64,000 nt of DNA, from assembly GCA_014905635.1 (NCBI GenBank), contig JABVCE010000025.1, positions 372,001 through 436,000 on the forward strand. Reading direction: 5' to 3'. The notes under the pieces were generated by a model that saw only the letters and a program-made list of their open reading frames with translations, made no database searches and was not told the DNA's origin. Each line of letters starts with the position of its first letter. Within the stretch, counting starts at the first letter, position 1. Made by a program: the position numbers and the translations under genes. Of this stretch, positions 47,277-58,617 are shown piece after piece. The DNA is from Scenedesmus sp. PABB004 (taxonomy: Eukaryota).

Positions 47277-50200
47277 TCACGGCCCCGTGCGCGGCTCCCA
47301 CTTGCCCTCCCAGGTGCGGCCAAACTTGTCGGTGTGGGGCGTGTCGAACCACATGTCGTAGTGGATGTGCCCCGGGTGCGCGTCGACGCAGCACCACACG
47401 CTGCCGAGGTGGCTCGTGCGCTTGAAGAAGCGGACATAGTCCGCCTCCGCGCTGAAGTTGCCAAACGCGTTGGCCATGGAGCTGAACTTGAGCACCGCGA
47501 CGTGCGCGACCGACGACAGCGTGCTGCGTTGCGGCGGCGGCGCGCGCGCGCGCACGCGTGGGTGGCGGCGGCGCGCGCGCGCGGGCTGCGGCGCGGGGGC
47601 TGCGGCGGCGGCGCGGCGCGGCGGCGGCGGCGGCGCGGCCGTGCAGCGCCGCTCACAGCTTGATCTGCTCCGACAGCAGGTTCTCCTGCAGGTGTATCTT
47701 GTCGACGTCGACCGTGCCCGGCGCGTCGGGCTCGGGGCAGTAGCCCCGCCCCCGCGTGCACACGACGACCGTGACCGCGCTGTGCCGCAGCACGTCGGGC
47801 AGCTGGCTCGAGTTGAGGAACCCCGCCGCGCGGTAGTCGAGCGCGGGGCCAAACTCGGCCTCGTCCCAGGCACGCCCAAAGCCGCCTGCGCGGCGCGCGC
47901 GGCGGACGGGCGCGGGCGGCGCGCGCGGGGGCGTGAGCGCCGCGCGCTGCGCGCCGCGCGACGGCGCGGCCGCGCGGGGCTCGAACGCTCCCAGCGCCAC
48001 GCAGCGCCACGCAGCGCCGCGCGGCGGCGCGGCGCCCGGCGGCGCGGCGCGCACCCTCGAGGTCGAGCACGTGGTCGGCGGGGCAGACGAAGGGAAGCTT
48101 GAACTCGCTGCCCGGCAGCGTGCCCGCGTGCGGCGCCCAGTAGCGGTCGAGGCCGCACCAGAGCGGCGGCAGCACGAGCACGCGCCCGAGCACCGTCGCG
48201 AGCGCGAGCGCGTTCCGCAGCTGCGGCGCGCGCGCGGGGGACGCGCGGCAGGCGCGCGTCAGCGGCCCCGCGGCACGGCGCGCGCGCGCCCGCCCGCCCC
48301 TCCTCGGCCCCCGGCGCGCGCCGGCGTGGCGGCGCAGCGCAGCGCAGCGCAGCGACCGTCAGTCACCTCCTTGAGCTGGTGGTTGACCAGGTCAAAGTGG
48401 CCGAGCGTGTTGTTCACGTCCATGCGCCCCGTGCGCGGCCCGCCGCCGTCGAGCAGCGCCTGCGGGACCTGCGGGTCGTACGCCAGGAAGCCGGCTGCAA
48501 GGGCACGGGGGGGGGGGGGGGGTGAGGCGGTGAGGCGCGGGCGGCGTGCGCGGGCGGCGTGCGCGAGGCGGGGTGAGGCGGTGAGGCCAGGCCAGGCGGC
48601 GCCGCGGGGGCGGGGCGCGTTGTCGCGCACACACGCCAGGCGCCGCCGCCCGCCCGCCGCGCGCGTTCGGCCGCCGCCGCCGCGTTCAGCCGCCGCGCTC
48701 ACTCTTGGGCGTGAAGTAGTCGTACTTTTCAAACCACAGCCCCGCCTCGCGGAAGCGGTTCTTCTTGCCCGGCGTGCCGCTGAACTGGAACGTCGCGTGC
48801 ACCGCGTAGGGCCGGATGCGCAGCGTGTCGTGCATGCGCTGCGTGAAGTACACGTGCCCGCTCGCAAAGTACGCGAGCGGCAGGATGCCCACCAGCAGCT
48901 TGCCCTCGTCGCCTGCGCACGCGCCCACCGCCGCGGCCGGCGGCCGCGGCGCCGTCACGGCGCCGTCGCGGCGCGCGCGCGCGCGCGTGGGCGCGGGTGC
49001 CCCGCCGCGCCCCGCCGCGCCCCGCCGCGCCCCGCCCCGCCGAGGCCGCAGCCGCGGCTGCGGCCGCGCCGCGCCTTTGAAGAGGTGGTGCGGGTCGTCG
49101 GGCTGCAGGACCTGGCCCTTGCGCACGAGGTCGTTGAACGCGTTCTGGTCCCACACCTTGTCGTCCGCCTCAATCACGCGGATCCACTCCTCAACAAACG
49201 GCAGCGCCTTGCGCCGGAACAGCATGATGCCTGCCGGGAGGGGGCGGGCGGCCGGTCCGGGCGGGGCGGGGTTTAGCGAGGGGTGGGCGCCGGCGGGCGG
49301 CGGCGCCCAGTGTGGGCTGCGGCCGCGCCGCGCCGTGCGCCAGCGCCGGCGCCGGCGGGGGCGCCGCACCGATGTTGAACGCGCTGCCGGCCTCTGGGTA
49401 GCGCTCGAGCTCCTCCTTGGCGCCCACGGTGCTCGCGAGGTGGTCGGTCGAGGTCAGGATGTCGGCGTCGGGGAAGCGCGCAAAGAAGGGCACCGGGTCG
49501 CGCAGCCACATCACGTCGACGTCAGAGATGATGACCTGACGCCGGGCCGCGGCGCATGGCGTGGGCGCGGGCGCGGCGAGGTCGGCCGGGGGCGCGAGCG
49601 GCGCGCCGCGCGCGGCACGCTGGCCGCCGGCCGAGCGGCACGCTGGCCGCCGCGCCGCGCCGCCCCGCTGCGTGAGCCGCGCGGGCCGCCGCCGCGTCCG
49701 CCGCGTCCGCGCCTGCACGTCGAGCTTGAGGAAGAGGGCGATGAGGTTGATCTTCTGGCGCCCCATCTTGGCAAACGTGGGCGACCCCCACCCAAAGTCG
49801 CCCGTCGTCAGGCCTGCGCGCCACGCGCGCCGCGCCGCGCGTGTGCCGGCGGGCGGGCGGGGTCGGGGGCCGCGCCGCGCCCGCGCCGCCGCCGCCGCGG
49901 CGCTCGCCCGCGCGTGTGTGCGCGTGCGCGTGTGTTGTGTGCGTTTGCGCACCGCTCTGCATGCTGAACACGGGGATGCGCCGCCGCGCGAGCGAGGCGA
50001 GGATGTTGTCGTCCATCGCGCCCACCAGGAAGCTCGTCACGTTCTGAGCCTGTCGCGACGGCGCGGCGGCGGCAGCCCAGCGGCGCGGGCCGCGAGCCTC
50101 GGGCGGGGCGCGCGCCCGCCGCGCCGCGGCAGCCGCCGCCGCTGGGCGTTCGCGCGGCCGCGGGGGCGCCGGGCGGGGGCGGCGGCGCGCCTGGAGGTGC

Positions 50201-51052
50201 TGCACCCACGACATCGTGAAGTCTGTGTAGTGGTGGTTGGCCCACGTCACAAACAGGTAGCCGTCGCGTGCGATGCGGTGCACGCTCTCCCTGCGCCCCG
50301 CGCACCGGGCGGCGCGGCGTGAGCCGCCGCGGCTGCCGCCGCCGCGTCCGCGCGCCCGGGCCAGCCGCCGCCGCGCCGCTGCCGCGCGGGCCGGGGTCAG
50401 CGCGGGCCGGGGGCGGGCACGGGCCCGGGCGGCGGCGGGCGCGCACCGCGTGAGCGTGACGTTGTACTCCCGTATGAGCGCCTTGTCTGTGGCCTTGTGC
50501 TTCTCGTTGTCGCGCTGCCGCTTCTCCGCCTCCTTCTTCTGGTACAGCTTCCACCACTCGTCCTCCCACTGCTTCTCCCGAGCCTTCTCCTTCAGCCGCT
50601 CCAGCTGCTCCAGCGTGAGCTTTGACAGATCGACCACGCGCCCGCCGCCGGCGGCGCCGGCGCCCGCGTCCGCTGCGTCTGCAGCGGCGCCGGCGCCGCC
50701 CGGCAGCTCCCGCCGCGATAGCTGCGGCGACGGAACCCCTGCGGCGCGCGCAGGGTGAGGGGCCGCTGGCGCGGCAGCTGCAGCGTCTGCCGGCGGCCCC
50801 GCCGGGCGGCAGCAGTGCCGGCGGCAGCGGCGCACCCGCCGGCTGCCCCGTGTCGGCGATGAGCGCGAGCGCGGGGTCGGGCTCGTATCTGTGGATGACC
50901 TCGGCGTAGAACTTCCAGTACAGCGGCCGCCCCAGGGCGTAGAGGGCGTAGCCCCCGCCCAGCAGCAGCAGGAGCACGATGGCCAGCGCCGCATAGCGCA
51001 CCGCGCCGTCCTCGCTGCTGAAGCGCCGCCGCCCCGGCGCCTTGCCGCTCAT
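47277..51052 (-). CDS. XEG113: GT77 nucleotide-diphospho-sugar transferase, XEG113-like arabinosyltransferase (type II membrane)
   Basis: N-terminal TM. VTWANHHYTDF, LVGAMD, DFGWGSPTFAKMGRQK, SDVDVMWLRDP (DxD), WDQNAFND, FASGHVYF, VHATFQFSGTPGKKNRFRE, PPLWCGLDRYW. Confidence 0.9.
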
Positions 51053-51716
51053 CCCACCTCGCGGCCGCCGCGCCGGGCGCCCGCGGGCGCGCGGGGGCGC
51101 CTGCCTCGACTGGAGCTGCCCCGCGGGCGCTCAGCGGCCGCCCATCCTACGCCGGTCGAAGGGTGAACGATCAAAGAGACGGCCTGGCGCGTCGCTGTGC
51201 GGTGGTGGGCAGCTGCGGCGAGCCAGGCCGCGCGCGCGGCGGTTGGCCGGCCGCCGCGGCTGACGCCGTCATGCTGCCTCCGCGCGCGCCGCGCGGAGTT
51301 CGCCGCAGCCGCTCAAACTGCCCGGCGGTCGCTGGTGAGCTGCCAGCGGTCGGTGGCGTGGCCGTGCGGGCTGCCACCAGGCCGCGCTGCGCGCGACCAG
51401 CCTCCTGCCAGCGCAGCCGCCGCCGCTGGCAGGTGCCCCCGCGCAGCACGCCACATGCAGATCCGATTACTTGTTATTGCACAGCGCGTTGCCGTTGTTC
51501 GGGTGAGCTGCAGCCACACAAAATGGGCCCGCACGGCAATGTGACAGCCGGGCCGTCCTGCAAGACGCGCTTGCAGGGTAGAGGGAGGAGAGGGAGAGAG
51601 GGCGGGCGCACGCAGCGCGGGGGCGGGGCGGCGGCGCGCTGCTTGCGCAGCAGCGTGCCGCGCGCCGCCGCATGCAGCGCGACTGAACGCGCCCCGGCGG
51701 CCTCGCCGCCACGGCG

Positions 51717-52966
51717 TCACTGCGCGAGGAAGAGCTCTGTGCACTGCTTCTGCGTGTCGTCGGGGCTGGTCACGGTGTGGCCGACCGTCTTCTCGGAGCT
51801 GAAGATCTCGTAGTCGTTGCCCCCCTGCCGGCGGCGGAAGAGGCGGGGGCGTCTCTTGGCGGCCCGCGCCCGTGCGTGCGTGCGCCCGCACGCCGCGCGC
51901 CGCGCCGCGGTGCACCGCCCCCTCACGCACCGGGAAGGTCTTGTCGCCGAAGAAGTGGATCTCGTCAAAGTCCTTCTCGACAAACTGGAGGCAGTAGGTC
52001 TTGTCCCAGCCCTGGGGGAAGACGTCAAAGCTGATCTGGCCGCCGATCGAAAAGGTCAGCCCGTAGTCAGCAAACTCCTTCTTCAGCACCTCGACCATCT
52101 TGGGCCTGGCGCGGCGCGCGGCGGTGAGCGCGCGCGGCGCTGCTGGCGCCGGCGCGTGGCGCCCGGCCGGCAGCTCGCGGCCGCGGCCGCCTCGCCGAGC
52201 GCTCACCGCACGCCGGCGCCCTTGTCGAACACCTCAAACGCGTCGCGCTCCTCCTGGCTGCAGTTGCGGCCGATGGGCGAGACGTTGAGCATGCCGTTGC
52301 GGAACTCGATGAACGTGCCGCGCTTGATGGGGATGTCCAGGTCGGCGATGTAGTGCAGCACAAAGTTGATGAAGCGCTGCAGCCGCTCCTCGCCGAGGTG
52401 CGCCTTGAGGCTCTGCACCGCCAGCTCCGCGCCGTCCTTGTGCGCCACCAGGCCGTTCTCGCTGAACACGTAGTCGTAGGCCGTCAGCACTGCGGCGCAC
52501 GCGCGGGCCGGGCCGCGGCGTCGGAACGGCGGCTGCGGCGCCGAGCGGCGCGGCGCGCGCGGGCGCGGGCGCGCCCGGCGCCGCTGCCCCCGCCGCACCG
52601 TTGTCGCCCAGCTGCTCCTGAATCTTGACCAGGTCGGAGCCGCCCACGATGCCGACCTTGATGACCTGCGCGCGGGGAGGTGCTGCCGGCGCTCACGCCC
52701 CTGCCCCGCGCCAACGCGGGCCCCGCCCGGCGCGCAAGCGTGCCACGACGGCGTCCCAGTTCACCGCCCGGCCGCACCTTGCGCAGCTGCTGCAGAAACT
52801 CCAGCGTGCCGGCGCTGGCGGTCTGCATCAGCGCGGGGGATCGTTAACTGCCGCGTGGGCGGCGCGCCGCGGCGCGCTGCGTGGCGCGGCGAGGGGTTCG
52901 CACCTTGCGCGGCACGGTGAGCGTGCCGTCCACATCGAACAGGGCCAGCACGCGCTTGCCGGCCAT
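51717..52966 (-). CDS. PMM: Phosphomannomutase (eukaryotic HAD-IIB)
   Basis: [77 protein letters not shown]. Confidence 0.97.
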
Positions 52967-53213
52967 CCTGGGCGGGCGGCTGCGGGCGGCTAGAGGTGCG
53001 GGCGCGTGGACGAGGGGCGCGGAGGTGAGGCGGAGGGGCAGGGCGTCGCGCCAGGCGGCCGGCGCAGGCCTGACGCTCGCGCTGCGCCGCCGAGCTGACC
53101 CACCCGGCGGCCGCGCCGCCGGCCGAGGTGCAACGTGGCTTTTACTCTCCTCGCTGCAACCAAAGGGGCGCTGGTCGCCGACTAGGCACGATCTCACCTA
53201 GCTGCCGCCCTCA

Positions 53214-56200
53214 TCACTTGCCGCGGCCGCGGCCGCGAAAGCCGCCGCCGCCACGCCCGCCGCGCCCGCCGCGCGCCCCGCGGAAGCCGCCGCCCCTGCT
53301 GCTGCCGCCGCGCCCGCCTCCCCGGCCGCCTCCCCGGCCGCCTCCCCGGCCGCCGCGGAAGCCGCCGCCGCCCCGGCCACCGCGGCCGCCGCCGCCTCCG
53401 CGCCCGCCGCCGCCGCGCCCGCTGCCGCGGCCCTTGCTGCGGCCGCCCTGGTCGGCGCGCCACGCCTCGCTGCGCGCCTTCTGCGGCAGCTGCGCCGCCC
53501 AGGCCTGCTGGAAGCGGTTGCCGCCGGCGTCGCCGTCGTCGTCGTCCTCGTCCTTCTTCTTGCGGACCTTCTTGACCTTGCCGCGGTCGTACTCGGCGTC
53601 CCACTCGTCGCGCTCCGCGCGCTTGGGGCGCCCCGCCCCCGCGCGCAGCGCCGCCGCGGCGGACGCGAGCCCCGCGTCGGCGCCGTCCCAGCCGCCGCCG
53701 CCGCCGCCCACGGCCAGCTGCAGCGCGGCGGCGCCCGTCACCGCGGGCGACGCGGGCGCCTGCTGCCGCTGCTGCGCCTGCTGGGCCTGGCGCCGCTGCT
53801 GCGGCGCCTGCTGCTGGACCTGCTGCGGCGCCTGCTGCTCCGCCGCCTGCTGCTGCTGCTCCTCCGCCTGCCGCCGGCGCTTGGCGGCGCGCTTGTCGCC
53901 GTCGCCGGCGCCCGGCAGCTCCTGCTGCGCGGGCGCCGGCTCGGCCGCCGCGCGCTGGCGCTTGCCGCCGATCAGCCCCAGGTCCACGACCGTGGGCTGC
54001 CGCGCGGCCGCCGCGGCGGGCGCGGGCGGGCTGCCGCCGAGCGCCGCGATCGCCGCGGCGGCCGCCGCCGCGCGCTGGCGGTGCTTGGCGTGCGCCGCCT
54101 GGCGCGCCTTGGCCGCGACGACCGTCTTGTGCAGCGCCATGTGGCGGTCAAAGGAGTTGAGCAGCAGCGCCGGCCGCGAACGCGTGTGGTGGTGGTGCGC
54201 CGCGTGGTGGTGCAGGCCCTTGGCCGGCGAGGGCCCGCCCGCCGCCGCCACAGGCGACTCGACCGCGTCCGGCGACCTGCGCGGCGGCGCGGGGCGGGGC
54301 TCAGGGTCGCGGCGGCGCGCCGGCCCGCGCAAGAGGGGCGGGTTGGGGGCGCGGCGCGGCGCAAGGGGTCGGCAGACAGGGTTTCTGAGGCCCTAGCACT
54401 TTGTCGTCACTGTCACGCTCGGTGCCCAGTGCGTGTCGTCACTCCCCTCGAGCGTACGCGCACGCGCGCGGCCGCTGCGCGGCCGCCGCGCAGCCGTCGC
54501 CCCCCCAGCAGCGCGCTCACCGCGGCTGCGCGGCGCCCGGGCTCGCGTTGGCGGTGGACTCGGTGGACGACGTGGCCACCTTGCGCAGGCCCTCGGCGGC
54601 GCTGGCGCTGCCCGACTGGCCCGCCGCCGCCGCCGCCGCGGCGGCGAGGTGCAGCTGGCGCTGGCGCTCCGCGCCCGTCAGCCCCGCGCCGCCGCCGGGC
54701 GCGGCGGCGCCGCCGCCGCGGCCGGGCGTGCGCGTGCTGTTGCTCGCGGCGCCCGCCGCGTCGGCCGCGGCGGCGCGGTTGGCCGCCGCGGCGGCGCCGC
54801 GCGCAGCCGCCGCGACCGCGGCCGGCAGCGCGCCCGCGCCGGCCTTGGGCGTGCGGCGGACGTAGAAGAGGATGTAGGCCTGCTGCCCCTCGACCGCGCG
54901 CTGCCCGACCTGCGCGACGCGGTGGTCGTCGCAGAGGTGCCAGATGCCGTTCCCCGCCTTGACGTAGCACACGTAGTGCCCGCTGTGCAGCGAGTGCCCC
55001 AGGTGCACGAGCACGGCGTAGAGGTCATACATGACCGGCGCGGCGTGCCCCGCGCCGTGGTGGCCGCCGTGGTGGCCGTGCGCGTGGTGGTGGCGGTGGT
55101 GGCCGCCGGCGGCGTGGGTCATGTAGGGCGCGAGGTCGAGCTCCAGCCCAAACTCCACGCGCTTGCTGAGCTTGTGCCCGCGGCCAAAAAAGTCAAAGCG
55201 CTTCAGGTGCACGGTCAGCACGTTGGGCGCGTCGTCGATGCTGATGCGCTTGTACGCGCGCACCTGGACGCGCGCGGCGCGGCGCGGCGAGCGGCGCGGC
55301 GAGCGGCGCGGGCGCGGGCACGGGAGGTGAGCGGCCGCGCGGCTGCGCGGGCCGCGCGCGGGGAGCAGCCAGCGCGGCGGCGCGGCGCGGCGCGGGGTGC
55401 GGGCGCGGCGGCGCGGGGTGCGGGCGCGGCGCGGCCGCACCAGCTTGTTGTTGCGCGGGCAGCGGTAGCGGTTGTCGCCGTCGAGCACCTCGGCGGCGGT
55501 GAAGTGCTGCAGCGCGCGCGTGAGACTGTGGGCCTTGTTGATCTCGAGGCTCAGGTCCAGGAAGGGGTCGAGCGTGGACGAGGTGTAGTCGACGCCCTCG
55601 CACGTGATCTGGGACCGGCGACGCGCGGCGGTGGCGGGCGAGTTGGGCGCGGGAATGCAGACGCGCGGCGCGGCCGCCGGTGCGTGCCACGCATGCGCGT
55701 GCGCACCTGGCTGCGGAGCTTGCCGCCAAAGATGCGCTGCACAAACGTCGTCGCCGCGAGCTCGGGCGGCGGCTTGGGGCGGATGGGCTTGAGCAGTGCC
55801 TCGTGCATCGCGTCCAGCACGCAGCGCAGGTACTCGTGCGCGTCCTCCTGCCGGCCCAGGCGGAACCTGCGGGCGGCGCGCGGGCGGGCGGCGCGCGCGG
55901 CACGCGGGCGGCGCGCGCTGGTGAGGCGGGCGGCGCGGGGGCGGCGCCGCGCGAGGGGGCGCGGGCGCGCGCGCGGCGCGGCGCGCTTCTGGCGGCGTGT
56001 GTCAGTGTAACTATGACATAAGACAGAGCATCACGTGCCGCGGGCCCCCCAGAACGGGGGGCGTGTGCGGCTCAACTGTGAGCGGATCATCAACCACACG
56101 CCGCGCCCGCCGCGCCGCCGCGCGGCTCCGCACGCGCCCGCGCGCCCCGCCGACGCCGGCCCCGCCGCCGCACCTGCGGTTGATGGCCTTGAGGTTGCGC

Positions 56201-57015
56201 GCGTGCCACTTGGGCTGCACCGGCGCGTGCGACGAGAGCGCGCGCCGGATGTGCGACTGCGTGGCGGCGACGGGGTCGAGCGCCGCCGCCTCGCCCGCCG
56301 CGTTGCTCAGCGCCGCGCCGCCGAGGCAGAGCTCCGCCAGCGGCGCCGTGTGCGTGAGGCACTGCAGGACGCTGTTCATGAAACAGGTGTTGCCCAGGTT
56401 GACCAGGCCCGCGCCCTGCCGCACGGGCCGCGGGGCGCGGCGCGGCGCGTCAGCGCGGCGCGGCGCGCGGCGCGGCGCGCGGCGCGGCGGGGGCCGACGG
56501 GGGCAGGCCAGCGCCGGGGGCGGGGGCGAGCGGCACGGGCGTGCCGCGCCGGCGCGGCGGCCGGCGGCGGCCGGCGGCGCGCCGCAGCCGCCGGCGGCTC
56601 GCGCAGCAGCGGCGCCGGCGGCGGCGCGGCCGCCGGCGCGCCGCGCCGCCCCGCCGCGCGGCCGGCGCGCTCCGGCGTGGGCGCGGGTGTCTCACCGCCT
56701 TGCGGGGCGAGCCCCAGCGCAGCTTGACCGCGCTCTCCGCGCACAGGGGGCGCGCCAGGCCAGGGCTGCTGCCGCCCTTGCCGCCCTCGCGCGGCGTCAC
56801 GCCGGACGGCATCTGCGGCGGGCCGGGCGCCTCGGGGACCGCGCTGGCGGCGCGACGGGCGCGGCGGCGCGCGGCACGGGGCGCACCTCGGGCGCCAGCG
56901 CCACCAGGCGCGCATCCGGCGCGCTGCTGTGCGCGTCGGGCTTCTGCGCCGCCACAAACGTCAGGCGGCGGAACGGCAGGCTGGAGGAGTTGTGGGAGGG
57001 CAGCAGCTCGCGCAT
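53214..57015 (-). CDS. Ubiquitin-specific protease, USP36/USP42/UBP23-like, with a C-terminal RGG tail
   Basis: Cys box GLVNLGNTCFMNSVLQCL, GRQEDAHEY, LTVHLKRF, His box VHLGHSLHSGHYVCYV, QAYILFY, C-terminal DEWDAEYDRGKVKKVR and RGG repeats. Confidence 0.92.
54364..54448 (-). ncRNA. Intronic box C/D snoRNA, predicted guide for LSU rRNA Cm (yeast C2197; snR76/SNORD88/snoR118-like)
   Basis: Terminal stem AGGGG/CCCCU. C GUGACGA (54436-42), D' CCGA (54419-22), C' GUGACGA (54404-10), D CCGA (54369-72). The 10-nt guide GCACUGGGCA is complementary to conserved LSU UGCCCAGUGC. Confidence 0.75.
55996..56100 (-). ncRNA. Intronic box C/D snoRNA, predicted guide for LSU rRNA Am (yeast A2256; snR63/SNORD46-like)
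   Basis: Terminal stem CGUGUG/CACACG. C UUGAUGA (56087-93), D' UUGA, C' GUGAUGC, D CUGA (56002-05). The 11-nt guide GUCAUAGUUAC is complementary to LSU helix 69 GUAACUAUGAC. Confidence 0.85.
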
Positions 57016-57340
57016 CAGGCGCCGCGCTGCGGTGTTGTGGGCGGCGGTGCTGGGCGCGGGCGCGGGCGCCTCGGGCGGGGGCACGGGCGCACGAATAGCC
57101 GCCGGCAAAAGCGGCCGCGCCGTGCGACGAGGCGGCCGGGGCACCCCAACTAACAACCAGCGCTCGCGCCGCGCTCCCGTGCCACCGACCGCCGCGGGAC
57201 GCCCAGATCACCATTTCGCGACGCGTCGAGCGAGCGACGGCCCCGCCGACAGCCTCAAGTTGCTTTCGGAGCAGCGCCATCACTCGCCTCGCTGCAGCAG
57301 AGCCCCGTGCCGCGCCCAGCCCCTCTCCAGCAGCGCTCTC

Positions 57341-58192
57341 ATGCTGGGCCACGCAGCATGCAGCACCGCGGCGCCCCGCCACAAGCCGCTGGCCGGCTCG
57401 GCGGCGCCGCAGGGCTGCGCGCCGCCGCTGCTGCGCCGCGCCGTGCAGGTGCGGCCCCGCGGTGGCCGGCTGCGCCCAGATCAACTCAAAACTCTAACCC
57501 CCCTCTCACGCCGCACCGGCCGGCGCGCAGGCGCGGCTGAGCAGCAAGCAGCAGCAGCAGCTCGCCGCGGCAGCGGAGGAGGAACAGGCCGCGGCGGGCG
57601 AGGCGCCGGGCGCGTTCCAGCAGCTCTTCGACCGCCTGCTCAACCGGGCGTCGTCGTCGCTCAAGCGCGGCCCGGCGACGTGCCTCACCTGCAAGGGCCA
57701 GGGCTCGTGCCAGTGCCCCGCGTGCAAGGTCGGCGCGCGCCGCGCGCCGCGCGCCGCCGAGCGCCGCGCGCCGCGCGCCGCCGCGGCCGCCCGCCGCCCG
57801 CCACGGCCGGCGGGCGCCGCTCACCGCGGACGCCGCCGCGGCGCGCCAGGGCCAGGGCCTGCTGGACAAGGACCACGCGCGCATGAACGTGATGCGGCAC
57901 ACGGCGCAAAAGGTCAAGCAGGTGCTCAACATTGATCGCTCCAACTACGACACCGAGTGGCTCGTCACCAACAGGCGCGTGCCGGGCGGCGGGCGCCACG
58001 CGGCGGGCGCCACGCGCTCCACGCGGCGGCGCGGCGGCGGCGACGGCGCCGCGCGCGGCTCACCCGCGCCGGTTGGGACTGCGCGCCGCGCCGCGCAGGT
58101 GCCGGCGGTGCCGCGGCTACGGCAACATCGCCTGCCCCACGTGCGGCGGGCTCGGCGTGCGCTCGCCGGGCGTCAAGGCGCCGCCGGAGTGA
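57341..58192 (+). CDS. DnaJ-type zinc-finger (CxxCxGxG) protein, likely plastid-targeted, 4 exons
   Basis: CLTCKGQG, CPACKGQG, CRRCRGYG and CPTCGGLG repeats. No J domain. Confidence 0.8.
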
Positions 58193-58617
58193 GCGCGGCG
58201 CGCGCGGTGCGGAAGCAGGGCGTCGGTGAATGAAGCGCGCGCGATTTTGGGCGGCAGCGCGCCGTGTGCAGCAGCAGTCGGTGCAGGCTGGGGCAGGTGG
58301 AGAACGCTCGTGGTGGCGTCGGGCCGGAGTTAGTCTCTGCGCAGCTTGATCTCTCCGCCAGCGCGGGGCGTGCGCGGCGCATCGCTTTCACGCATGCGCC
58401 GGACGGGCCGCCGCGCGTGCGGCGCGCCGGTGTCGGTGCCACACAGTAAGGGCAGGAGGCCGGCAGGCAAGCTGGAGGCTGGCACGCTGACCGCTGCACA
58501 GTGCGGCGTTTGGTGCCGCGGTGCGTCGTCCCGTTGTTTTGAAGCAGCCAGTGCGCTTGCCGAGGTTACCGCGTGCAACGCCGCGCGTGCGACGCGACGC
58601 GCCCACCCCCGCCCCGC

